Shown: positions 25,401 through 37,015 of the stretch, piece by piece
Layout: each line of letters opens with the position of its first letter
Numbering within the stretch: the stretch's first letter is position 1
Source: Cyanophora paradoxa CCMP329
Lineage: Eukaryota; Plantae; Glaucophyta
Direction: 5' to 3'
Length of the DNA: 64,000 nucleotides
NCBI GenBank assembly: GCA_004431415.1
Contig: QPMI01000597.1
Span: forward strand, 1 to 64,000
The notes under the pieces: model-generated
Told to the model about the DNA's origin: nothing
The model's database searches: none
What the model saw: the letters and a program-made list of their open reading frames with translations, nothing else
Position numbers and translations under genes: made by a program

Positions 25401-28400
25401 TCATCTCGGTGTACGCGGTGAACAGCGCGGAGCAGGCGTCGACGTTCGGGGCGAGCCAGGCGCTGGGCGGGGCGGCGCTCGTGTCAGACCTCCTCGTCTT
25501 CGAGCCGGTCGTCCTCGGCGACTCCGTCTCGGGCCTCATCCGGGTCGTCAACGGGGGCGCCCTCCCCACCGACTTCGCCATCGAGCTCGACGAGCAGCCG
25601 CCGTCGGCCCCCGCCGAGGGGGGCCCCGACGGGGGCACGCGGGCCTTCACAGAGGCCCCGCTCCCCGAGGGCGAGGGCGAGAGCGGGGGCGAGGCCGGGG
25701 CTCCTGCAGCGGCGGCGGCGGCGGCGGCGGCAGCGCACGAGGAGGAGCCGGCGGCGGTGGCGGGCGTGCCGCCGCCGACGAAGCCGGTGCACGACGGGCC
25801 CGAGGTGGAGTTCTCGGCGACGACGGGCGTCGCGGCGCCGTACGCGACGACCTCGGTGACCGTGACCTTCCGCCCGCGCCGGCCCGGCGAGCTCTTCCTC
25901 CCCATCACCCTCCGCTTCGCGGACAAGGGGACGCCCCCGCACCGGATGGCCCTCCGCGGCCACGCCTCGGACGTGCCGATCGCGGTGGAGCGGCCGGTCA
26001 TCGACTTCCGGGTCTGCCTGCACGGGACCCTCTACCGCGACCTCCTCGTCCTCCACAACCGCGGCAAGACCGCCCTCAAGTGTACGCCCGCCCCGCCCCC
26101 CGCCCGCTTCCTTCGCCCTCGCGCGGGCCCACGCGGGGCGGGGCGGGGCGGGGCAGGCGAGACGGTGGTGCCGAGGGAGCTCAAGGGCTTCCTCGAGTTC
26201 GTCCCCAAGATGGGCTACGTGCAGGGCCGCTCCACCTTCTCCTTCCAGATGAAGTTCCGGCCCTCCCCCGAGACCCTCGCAAAGTGCTCCCAGCAGTGCG
26301 CCCGCCCGCCCCCGCAGCGCCCCCCTCCCATCCGACCGCGCCGGCCGGCTGGGGCGCAGCGCGGACGCGGAGACGGGGGTGATGCTGGTGCCGATGCGGG
26401 TCTCGGTGCCGGACCAGACGCTCCCCGTGGTCTACGAGCTGCGGGCGCAGCTGAGCGCCTGGGAGCTCGCCTTCGAGCCGGGGGCGCTGGACTTCGGGGA
26501 GTGCGCGGTGACCGAGTCCGTGGCGCGCGACTTCACCGTCACGAACCGCGCCCTCGTGCCCCAGCGCCTCGGCTTCGTCCGCCTCCCGCAGGAGGTCGCC
26601 GTGCAGCCCGGGGACGGCTTCGGCGCCCTCCTCCCGGGCGAGTCCCGCGCCTTCCGCGCCGTCTTCTCCCCCGCCTCCGCCGTCGACTTCGCGGCCGACC
26701 TCACCTGCAAGAGCCTCCTCGGGCGCGAGTTCCGCCTCCCCGTGCGGGGCCGGGGGGCGAGCAGCCTCGTGCGCATCGCGGGGGCGCGGGCGCTGCTGCC
26801 GCCGGTGGCGCTGGGCGACGTGGCGCGGCACGACCTCACCGTCACCAACGTCTCCAAGGCCCCCGTCGACCTGGAGCTCGTGCCCCCGCCCGCCCTCGAC
26901 GGCTGCACCCTCCGCGTCGCCCCCGCCGTCCTCTCCGCCCTCCCCCCGGGCGCCTCCGCCCGCGTCCAGGTCGAGATCGCCCCCGAGGTCAGCCCCCCGC
27001 GCCGCCCGCGCCCCCGTCCCGTCTGCCTCACCCGCCCCGCAGCACTCTCTCTACATCCCCCGCCCCGCTGCCGGCGAGCCGGCCCCGGATGCCGCCGAGA
27101 AGGCAGCCGCGGAAGCTGCGGCCACCGCCGCCGCCGCGGAGGCGGCGCCGGCGGCGGGGGCCAAGGGCGGGGCCAAGGGCGGGGCCAAGGGCGGGGCGCC
27201 GCCGGCGGCGGGGGTGAAGAAGGACTCGACGACGGCGGCGGCGTCGCGGGCGGCCGAGGAGAAGGCAGCGGCGGAGAAGGCGGCGGCCGCCGCCAAGGCC
27301 GAGGAGGAGGCGCGGCGGGCCGGCCTCGTGAAGGACCCGGGCCCCTCCCCTGCCGCCCCCGCCCCGTGCGCCCGAGGCGCACCCCCGGCGGCCGCTGTGC
27401 GCCTTTGGCTGACGAGCGGGGGCAGGGGAGTCGTGGGAGCCGGCGCTGGACCCGACGAAGGCGCGGGGCTTCTCGCGGGGCGCCGGCGCCGACGTCAACG
27501 ACGGCTGCTGGAGCGCCGGGCCCTTCACCTTCCGGGCCCGCCCCGCCCTCCCTCCACCGCCCCGCGCCGCCCCGCTCACCCCGCCCCAGATCGCCTGCTT
27601 CGCGCGGGCCTCGCCGGCCGGCCCCGGGGCGGCGGCGGCGGGCGGGCAGTCGCCCGGGCGGGCGGGGGCGGCGGGGGCGGGGGCCGGGGAGGCGCAAGTG
27701 CAGTACGTGGAGCTGGAGGCGACGGCGGTGCTGCCGAACCTGATCCTGGAGAACGGCAAGACGGGCCTGCTGGTCGACTACGGGGCGGTCCCGCTGGGCG
27801 AGCGCGTCGTGCGCTCCGTGCGGCTGCGCAACCTGGGGGCGCGGACGGTGACGCCCCGGGCGGGGGCGACGAACCCCGAGGGCCCCTTCGTCCTCCTGAA
27901 CGCGCTGCGGCCCATCGCGCCGGGCTCCTCCTTCACCCTCCGCCTCGCCTTCCACCCCCGGACCGAGTGGAAGGTCCCGCGCCGCCCCCGCCCCCGCCCC
28001 CGCCCCCGCCCCGGGGCGCCCCCGCCTGAGCGCCCGCCGCCAGTTCCACGAGGAGCTGCTCGTCGAGTCGGAGACGAACGCCGTGCGGCTGCGGCTGCGG
28101 GGCGCCGGCGTGAGCCCGACCCTCCGCCTCGAGGGGCCCGACCCCGTGCGCCCCCTCCCTCCCGCCCCCGGCGCCCCCCGCCCGCCCGCCCTCACCGCAG
28201 GGGCAGGAGACGGGGGTGCTGGACGTGGGGGACTGCCTGCCGGAGGCGACCGTGGCGCGCGCGCTGCGCGTCGTCAACACCTCCGCCTTCGACGTCCGCG
28301 TCGCCCTCCTCTTCCAGGCCCGGCCCCCGCCCGCCCCCCGGCCCTCCCCCCTGCCGGCCCGCCCCTGAGCGGCGGGCGGGGCGCAGGGCCAGGGCCACAC

Positions 28401-29319
28401 GAACTACAGCGGGCTGCCGCCCTTCGTGTGCAGCCCGGCGGAGGGCCGCATCGCGCCGGGGGCGGCGCTGGAGGCCTCCGTGACGTTCGCCCCCGACCAC
28501 GAGTCCGACCAGTTCGCCGAGACCGTCCTCGTCAGCATCGGCTCCCTCGTCCGCCCGCCCCCGCCGCCCCGCCCCGCCCCGCGTGCTCGCCCTGAGGCGC
28601 GGGGCAGCGGTCGGCGGTGGCGGTGCGGTTGGCGGGGCGGTGCAGCGCGCGGGCGATGTACGTGGTGGGGGCCGACCCCGCCCCGCCCACCGCCGTCGAC
28701 GACCTCTTCGCCCTCCCCGCCCGCCCCGGCCCCGCCGCTCCCGCCCCGCCTCCGCCCCGCCCCAAGGGCGCCCCGCCGCCACCCGTGCGCCCCTCGCCCG
28801 CCCCGCACCCCCGCCCCGGCGAGCGCTCTGACGGGCGGGGCGAAGGGGCGGCCGCCGCAGCGGCTGACGGTGACGTTCAACGGGCCGGAGGCGTTGCCGG
28901 CGGCGGGCCAGGAGCGGGAGCCGCTGGTGCGGGCGCTGCAGGTCGGCTGCATCCGCTGCTCGGCGAACGAGAAGGAGAAGCGGGGCGGGGAGTACGCCCT
29001 CGAGCTGCCCCCCGAGGCCGAGCGCGAGGGCTTCGGCGCCGAGGCGCCCAAGGCCGCCGTCGAGTTCGGGCAGCGCAAGGCCCTCGTCCTGCGCTTCAAC
29101 CCCGCCGTGCAGGGCGCCGCCGCCGCCGCGCTCGGCATCGGGCGCTGGTGCGAGGCGCAGGCCCTCCTCACTCTGCGGGGCGGCCAGCCCGCCCCGGAGG
29201 CCCCCGAGGGCGCCAAGTACCTCATCACCCTCCGCGCCTACGCCCACCCGCTGCCCCCGTCCCGCCCCGCCTCCGCCGCCCCCGCCCCCGCCCCCGCCAA
29301 GGCCCCCGCCCCCAAGTAG
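22426..29319 (+). CDS. CFAP74: Cilia- and flagella-associated protein 74 (central apparatus; coiled coil + ASH/Ig-like domains); start approximate
   Basis: FLAKPAVILFKDFVPGQVYRQRVQLTNVS..PPGQMSAGLS..VTFSPKVNEDI..VPLQCRTKK, GGNPYEVFR, LYRDLLVLHNRG and LEFVPKMGYVQ match CFAP74 as I recall it. Confidence 0.88.
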
Positions 29320-30852
29320 CGCGCCCGCGGCGTCCCCCCGCCAGCTTCCTCGCCCCCTCCCCCCCTCGATCGACTCCCAGACTGAGTGTCCCAGGCTCTA
29401 TATATCTCATTAATTGCAGAAGCTTCAGCGTACGATCAAGAGCGCTCGTGCCACGGTGCTTATCATCAGCTGCGCATGCATGCGCAGGGGTAGGCTGTGC
29501 CGGTAGCCGTCGTATTCAAACTTGGCAATGCCATGCCATGATGATGATCATGATTCAACAAACTTCAATTTTTCATTTGCCAAAATTAATGCAGAGCGTT
29601 GTCTCAAGAACTTTCAAGTTGTTTGGGCGTTTCGATTCGCGTGTTGCGATTCTTGCGAACGCAGCGCTAGCTAGGAATGCGCGCAGCGCGCCGCGCACGC
29701 GTCGATCGCGACGTCCCGGGTCCATGCAACGTTAACTTCCCCTCCCTTCAGCTTCCCCTCTCCCTGTGAGTCCTCTCAGAGTCTCGCGCGATCGCGCGCC
29801 GTTGCTCTCAGAGTCTACCCTCAGGGCCTAACCGGTACCGCCGTACCGGCCGGCCGGGCGGCCGGTATTCATCTGGCGAGTCAGTGCCACTCAGTGGCGA
29901 CTGCGACGGTGCGACCGCGCACTGCCGCGGTGAGTTTATAATTATATATATAATCGGCCGAGTCTTGAACTTACTTCTGCAACCTACTGTACAGCTGGAA
30001 ATATCTAACTTATAATTTAAGAGATTGGATATTATAATAGTACAGGGCCTAGGCACGGGGGTACATCTGTGCATAGCGCAATGCCATCGACGTCGGGAGA
30101 AGCATGCCTTCGAAGCCTGAATCGAAGGGAGCGCAGATGCGCGCGGCGCCGGCGTCGCAGGCGTCGAGCGCACCCCCTCGCGCGCGCCGCGCCTATCCCC
30201 TACAAAAGGCCCCTACTACTCCGCGGCCAAGTCTTAATTATTTTAGGCCAAGTAATTATAATATTATCTAACTTAGTAAAAAAACTGGCCAAAACCCGGA
30301 ATTACGTATACGAGGTCTTATAATTATTACCTAAATTACAGGAGCTATATATATATATAGCTCTAGCCTTTAAAAATCCCACCGTAGTCTCTCAAAAAAA
30401 AAAAAATTTAAAAATTGCATGTTTTTGTACGTTAATTTTACCCAGGCGAGCTCGATATCGATCGAGATTGCCACGAAAAAGCCGAATTAATCGACCAGCG
30501 CCGGTCGTTTGGACTCCCAGTACTAGTGTCTCTCTCCCACGTGCACCCGTGGTCGACACTTGAGACTCTACCCCCCTGAGCGAGCAGCGCGCTCAGCATC
30601 AGACTCGGGGTCGACGTCGAGTCGGCGAGCGGCTGAGCAGCTGCGCCGCTGGCTAGCTAGCGCCGTAGTAGCGCTGGCCGCTCTGCGGTCACTGAGTCAC
30701 TCAGAATCCAGCCTTGAGTTAGTAACGCCAGCCGCGCTGCGGTAGATGCAGCCAAGACGTGCCGCCGCGCGAACGCGGCAGCGGTGGCAGGAAAGCAGCG
30801 CCTGCGAACTGCGCCGGGCCATCTACACCAACAGTGAACAGTGACAACAACC

Positions 30853-33800
30853 ATGTGCGCCCCGCCGCGCCGCCGCCGCTCACGGGCGTTGGACGGCCGA
30901 GTGAGGGCCGCCGCCAGGCACGGGCACCGGGAGGCCTTCGTGCCGGCGCTGGTGCTCGATGCGCTGGAGGCGGGAAAGATGGCGCCGTCCGCTCGGCGCC
31001 TCGAGGGTGTCGTCATCCTCGCCGATATCGCGGGCTCCGTCAAGGAAGCCCAGCGCCTCCTCCTCGAGGCAAACCCCGCGTCCCTCCGCCGCCGACGCGC
31101 CTTGCGCTCAGCGCTCGCGCAGGAGGAGTCCGGTCGGGGCCCCACGGGCGTCCGCGCGGCGGAGCAGCTCTCGCTCAAGCTCAACACCTCCTTCCGCCAC
31201 ATCCTCACGGTGGCGCGGGCCTGGGGCGGCGACGCGATTCGGTGCGCTGTGCTTATGCGCTGTCCCTGCTGCTTCCTCCAACCGGCACGCCTCTCCTCCA
31301 GGTTTCTGGGCGACGCGGTGCTGCTGCTTCTGCCGGCGGGGGAGGACGGGATGCCGGCGGCCGCCCGCCGCGCCCTCGCGTTGGCCCGCGAGCTGCTGGC
31401 GCCGGCGGAGCAGTCGCCGGGCGCCTTCCGCCTGCACGTGGCGCTGGCGGCGGGGCCGCTGGCGGCGCTGACGCTGGGCGGCGTGGGCGGCAAGGTGGAC
31501 GTGAGCCTCCACGGGGAGCCCCTGGCGCGCATCGCCGTCGCCATCGCCTTCGCCCCGCCGGGCGCCCTCTGCGCCGCCCCCGAGATCCTCGACGCCGCCC
31601 GCTGCGGCCGCGAGACCGGCTCCCTCCGCCCCGGCGGCTACGCCGTCTTCGACGGCTCCTCCCCGGTCCTCACCGCTGCCTGCGCGGGGGCCGCTCCTCC
31701 CGCCGGCCGCTCGCAGCGCCCCGCGGCGCGGCCGCTGCCGGCGGCGGCGATCGTGGGCGGGGAGGTGCTGCACGCGGGGCTGGCGCTGGGGGCCGGCGGG
31801 ATGGCGGGGCGGCGCTGTCGCCCTTCCTCCCGCACGACGTGGAGCTCGTCCTCGCGCACGGCGGCCGCTTCCTCACCGAGCTCCGCGTAATAACCTCCGT
31901 CTTCCTCCTCATGGACCCCCCTGCCCCCGCCCCCGGCGCCGACCCCTTCGGCCCCGTCCGCCCCGCCCCGCCCCGCCCGTGTGCGAGCCTGCCTCACGGG
32001 CTCGTTCCGCGGTTGGGTCGCAGGAGGCGCTGGCGGTGCTGAACCGGTGCGTGAGCGTGGTGCAGGCGGCGGCCGCGCGCACCGGCGGCGCCGTCCGCGC
32101 TTTCTTCCGGGACGACAAGGTGCGGCGAGCGGGGCGGGGGCCCGCGCGGCGGCAGCGGGGGGCGCTGAAGGGGCCGGCGCCGCGCAGGGCTTCGTGGCGC
32201 TGCTGACGTACGGCCTGGTCGGGGCCTCGCACGCCGACGACCCGGCCCGCGCGGCCTCGGCGGCCGTGCGCGTGCGCGAGGCCTTCGCCGCCGAGGGCCT
32301 CGGGCCCCTCTCCGCCGGCGTCGCCACCGGCCGCGCCTTCGCCGGTCCGCCCGCCCCGCCCCGGCCTCTGCGCCCCGGCGCTCACCGCCCCGCAGGCCTC
32401 GTCGGCGACGTCGAGTCCCGCTGCGACTACACCGGTGCGGGGCGCCCCGCCGGCGGCCGCGCTCTGGGCGGCGGGGGCGGGCGGCTGAGCGGGGCGGGGG
32501 GCCGGGGCAGTGCTGGGGGACTCGGTGAACATGGCGGCGCGGCTGATGGCGGCGGCGGGCGGGGCGGTCTGGGTGGACCGCCCCACCCACGACGCCATCG
32601 CCTCGGCCTTCGTCGCCGAGGCGCTGCCGCCGCTCAGCGTCAAGGGCCGGGGCGCGCCCCTCGAGGCCTACGCGCTGCTGCGGCGGGGGCCGCCCCGCGC
32701 CGGCGCCTCGGGGCGCTCCTTCGAGTCGCTCAGCGTCAACCGCCGCGCCTCGCAGCAGTCGCGCAAGGGGAGCCAGACCGGCTCCGGCAGCCGCCGCAGC
32801 TCGGCCCTCGGCCCCGACGGCGGCGGCAGCGAGGCCGGCGCCTCCGAGGCCGAGGAGGCGGGGAGCGAGGGGCCGGAAAAGGGCCAGTCGGAGGAGGAGG
32901 GGAGGCGCTGATGTTCGGGCGGGCGGAGGCGCGGCAGCGGGTGCGCGACTTCCTCGCCGCCGCCGCCCGCGCGCCCCCCGGCGCCGGCCTCCTCTTCGTG
33001 GGTGCGCCCCGCCCCCGCCCCGCAGCCGGCCGCCCCGCCCGAGGGGTGAGGCTCGGGGGGGCGGGGGCAGAGGGGGAGGCCGGGAGCGGGAAGACGGTGC
33101 TGGTGAGCGAGGCGCTGCGCCTGGCCGACCTCCTCGGCGTCCCCGTGCGCCCCGCCCCCCCGCCCCCGTCGAGCCCGTCGAGCCCCGCCCCAGTGCATCG
33201 CCCTCTCCGGCGACCCCCTCGAGGCGACCCGGGCGTACCACCCGCTGCGGCTCGCGCTGCGGAGCCTCGTGGGGGCGGAGGCACCGGAGCCGGCGCCGCT
33301 CCTCGCCGAGTCCGCCGAGGAGACGCCGGGCAGCGGGGCGCCCGCCCTCAAGAGCCCCGCCGCCTGGGGCGAGCCCGCCCCCTGCACCGACCCCGTCTCC
33401 CCGATCCCGCCCCCCGCCCCCCCCGACGGCCTCTCGCTGCGCCGGCCCTCGCTCTTCGCGCGGCGCGCCAGCATCCCCGCCTGCGCTCCGCGCTCGCCGG
33501 CCCGGGGCCCCCGCCGGCCCCGGCCCCGGCCCGGCCCCAAGCTCGTGGAGGAGCGGGCGCCCGAGGCGGCGGCGGCGTGCGAGGTCTCCCCCGCGCGCAC
33601 CTCCTGGCACCGCCTCGCCTCGCCCCCGCGCCTCGCCCCGCTCGAGGGCGAGGGCGCCGGCGCCGGCTACGGCGCGCACGCGTCCGCGGCGCTTGCGCGG
33701 GCCGGCGCCTTCCTGCGGGCCGTGGACCCCGCGCTGGCCTCGGCGCAGAACGCGCGCCTGCTCGCCGCCCTCCTGGCGGCCCCCGAGCCGGCGGACCTCG

Positions 33801-36800
33801 ACGCCGCCGAGCTCAGCCCGGGCCCCCGGGAGGGGGCGGGGCCGGCGGGGGCGGAGGGGGACCGCGACGCCGACGCGACGCTGCTCTTCCTGGCGGGGCT
33901 GCTGGGGGCCGTGGCGCGGGCCCTCGGGGCGGTGCTCGTCGTCGAGGACGCGACCTTCCTCGACTCGGCGACCCTCAAGCTCCTCGCCCTCTTCGCCGCC
34001 GACCCCCGCGCCTCCATCCTCCTCACCGCCCGCCCCGCCCCGGACGCCTCCAACGCCGCCACCCCGCGCGCCCTCGAGCCCGCCCCCGCCCGGCCCACGA
34101 CGCCCGCCGCCTCGGGCTCTTCCCCCGGCCCTCGCCGAGCTGCGCGACTCGCCGCGGACGCTGCGCTGCGCGCTGGGGCCGCTGGAGGCGCTGGAGGCGC
34201 GGGGCTTCGTGGCGCACCTGACGGGGGCGGCCGTCGAGGGCGTCCCCGCCTGGCTCGCCTCCGAGCTCGCCGAGCGCTCCCGCGGCAACCCCTTCCTCCT
34301 CCAGGAGATGGCCCGCCACGCCCGCCCCCGCCCCCGCCCCCCCCCCTCTCACGCCGCACCCGCCCCCGCCGCGCAGGTGGCGCTCCTGAAGGCGCGGCGG
34401 GTGATCGCGGTGGGGGTGGCGGGGCGGCTGCTGGTGCTGGACGAGGCGGGGGCGGTGCTGCCGGAGGGCCAGCGGCGGGAGGCGCTCCCCGTGCCGGTCT
34501 CGCTCGAGCGCCTCGTCCTCTCCCGCCTCGACCGCCTGCCCCCCGACGCCGCCCTCCTCCTCAAGCTCGCCTCCGCCCTGGGCGCCCGCTTCGAGCTCGG
34601 CACCGCCCTCGCCGTCCTCGCCCCGGAGCTCGGCTCCCCCGCCATCGCCCGCTCCCTCGCCGCCCTCGAGGCCCACGGCCTGCTCCTGCGCGAGGGCGCC
34701 GGGACCCCCGCCGGCGCCCCCGCTGCCTCCGAGTTCCGCTTCGCCCAGGCCGCCGTCTGCGAGATCCTCTACTCCGTGCGCCCCCCCCGCCCGCCCCGCC
34801 CGCCGCGCCCCTCACCGCGCTTGCCGGCAGCTGCTCTCGGAGGGGGACCGGCGGCGGCTGCACTGGCGTGCGGCGCTGGACCTGGAGGCGCGGCCCGGGG
34901 CGCTCGGGCTGGGCCCCTCCTCGCTCGCCCACCACTGCGAGCGCGCGGGGGCGCCCCTCGCCGCCGTCGGTGCGCCCCGCGCGCACGCCTCGCCCCCCTC
35001 CTCACACCCCGCCGGCCCCGCAGCCTACCTGGACGCGGCGGCGGCGGAGGCGATGGCGGCGGGGGCCTACGGGGAGGCCTCGAGCTCGCCCAGCGCGCCA
35101 TCGCCCTCGCCGGCGCCCGGCCCCGCGACGACCCCGTACCCCAGCCCGGCCTCTCCCCGCTCAAGGGCTCCCCCGTGGGGCGGGCGGCGCTGGCGTCGGC
35201 GGCGGGGCGGGCGGGCGGTGGGAGCTGGCGGCGCGGGCGCTCTTCTCGCTGGGGAGCGTGGCGGAGGCGGAGGGGCGCTGGAGCACGCGCTGCGGCTGCT
35301 CGGGGTGCCCTCTGCCGCGAGGCCCCCGTCCTGACCGGCCTTGTCGCCTCCCTCGTCAAGGCCCGCCCGCCCGCCCCCCCCCCCCCCCCCCACCCTCCCC
35401 CCCCCCCACCCCCCCCCACCCACCCCCCTCCCCCTGCGGCGGGCAGCCTTTGACCGCTCCCTTGCCCCGCAGGCCCTTATGAAGGGCCCCGCCGCCACGC
35501 CCCCGGCCAAGCCGGCGGGCGGGGCAGCAAGGGCGGGGAGGCGGCGGAGGAGGCGGCGGCGGGCGGCGGTGCGCGTCGGGGGCCCTCTCGCTCTACACGC
35601 ACGTGCTGGCGCACCGCGGGGAGACCCTCGCCGGCATGTTCTACGCCCTCCGCAACGCCCTCGTCCGCCCCCGCCCCGCCCCGCCCCGCCCCGCCCCGCC
35701 GGCGGCGGCGGCGCTGAGGGGGCGGCAGCTGTCGGGGGAGGAGCCGGAGACGGCGGGCTACGTGGACGCGTGCGCGTTCATGTACACGACGCTGACGATC
35801 CTCGGGATGCACGCCAAGGCCGACGCCTTCCGCGCCCGCGCCCGCGAGCTCCTCCGCCTGCCCCGCCTCGCCCACGCCGCCGGCTACCTCCTCGTCCACG
35901 AGGCCCGCCCCTTCGCCCCGCCCCGCCCCGCCCCGCCCCGCCCCCGCGTGAGCCGCGCGCCGCGCAGGTGAGCATCGCGATCCTGCTGGGGCGGCTGCGG
36001 GAGGGGGAGGAGACGGGGGCGAGGGCGGCGCTGGAGCTGGAGGGGGCGGGGGACCTGCGGGCGGCGGCCGAGCTCCGCCTCAACGCCGGCTTCGCGGCCT
36101 CCATGCGCGGCCGCTTCGCCGCCTCCGACGACTTCTACCTCGCCCTCGTGCCCCCGCCCCCGCCCCCGCGCACCGCCCTCGCCCCTCACGCGCCGCCCGC
36201 CCCGCAGGCGCGGGACGCGCGGCGGACGTCGAACGCGCTGCGGCTGCACTGGGCGCTGACGGCGTGGGTGACGGCGTGCGCGATGCGGGGGTGGCCGGCG
36301 GGGCCCTGGGGGAGACCCCGGCGGCGCCGCCGCCCCCGCACACCCTCGCTCAGGCCGACGCCGCCCTCTCCGAGGCGCGCCAGCCCCCGCCCCGCCCCCC
36401 TCCCCCCCGCCTGACGCCCCGGCAGGCGGCGCGGGCCTTCGACGACGGGGCGTTCGTGACGGACCGGGTGCGGCGGCTGTGCGCGGCGGCGCACGTGCGG
36501 CTGCTGCAGGGCGCGCTGGCGGCCGCCGGGGAGGAGGCGCTGGAGGCGGTGGCGTGGGTGGGGCGGCACCGGGCGCGCCCGCTGGTCGGGCCCGTCTACG
36601 TCTTCCAGATGATCGGGCCCTCCCTCTTCCTCCTCGCCGACACCCTCGCCGCCCTCCTCGCCCGCCCCCCGCCCCGCCGCCCCCGCGCCCCGCCCCCCGC
36701 GGGCCCCTCGCCTCCGCCCTCCGCCGCGTCCTGCGCGTCCTCGACAAGGGCGGCGCGAGCTTCCCGATGATGCGCCCGCCCGCCGCCCTCGCCCGCGGGC

Positions 36801-37015
36801 GGTGGCACGCGCTGCGGGGCGCCCCGAAGAGGGCGGCGGAGTGCTGGCGGGAGGCGGCGGCGAGCGCGGGGGCGATGGAGGCGAAGTACTTCCAGGCGCG
36901 GGCCCTCCAGCTCCTCGCCTTCTGCCCGGCCGCCGCCCCCGCCGAGCGCGCCGAGGCAGCGCAGCACTTCCCCGCCCTCTTCCGCTCCATGGGGGCCCAC
37001 CCCCCGCCCATCTAG
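30853..37015 (+). CDS. Soluble adenylyl cyclase type 10-like (two class III cyclase domains + P-loop/STAND ATPase + helical C-terminus); start approximate
   Basis: VILADIAG, GGDAIR|FLGDAV, FLTELRVITSVF, DDK|G, SAGVATGRAFA|GLVG..RCDYT|VLGDSVNMAARLM, VKGR, EGEAGSGKT, VVEDA, RSRGNPF, RLDRL. Confidence 0.9.

Noticed and set aside
5240-32915. Frameshifts in conserved motifs (BRF ~5249, helicase GGILG/EAMGLGKT ~16418, cyclase ~32900) as programmed frameshifting or pseudogenisation
   Set aside because: They are single-base losses, mostly in G/C runs, in otherwise intact genes; sequencing or assembly indels are more parsimonious. Check with short reads.
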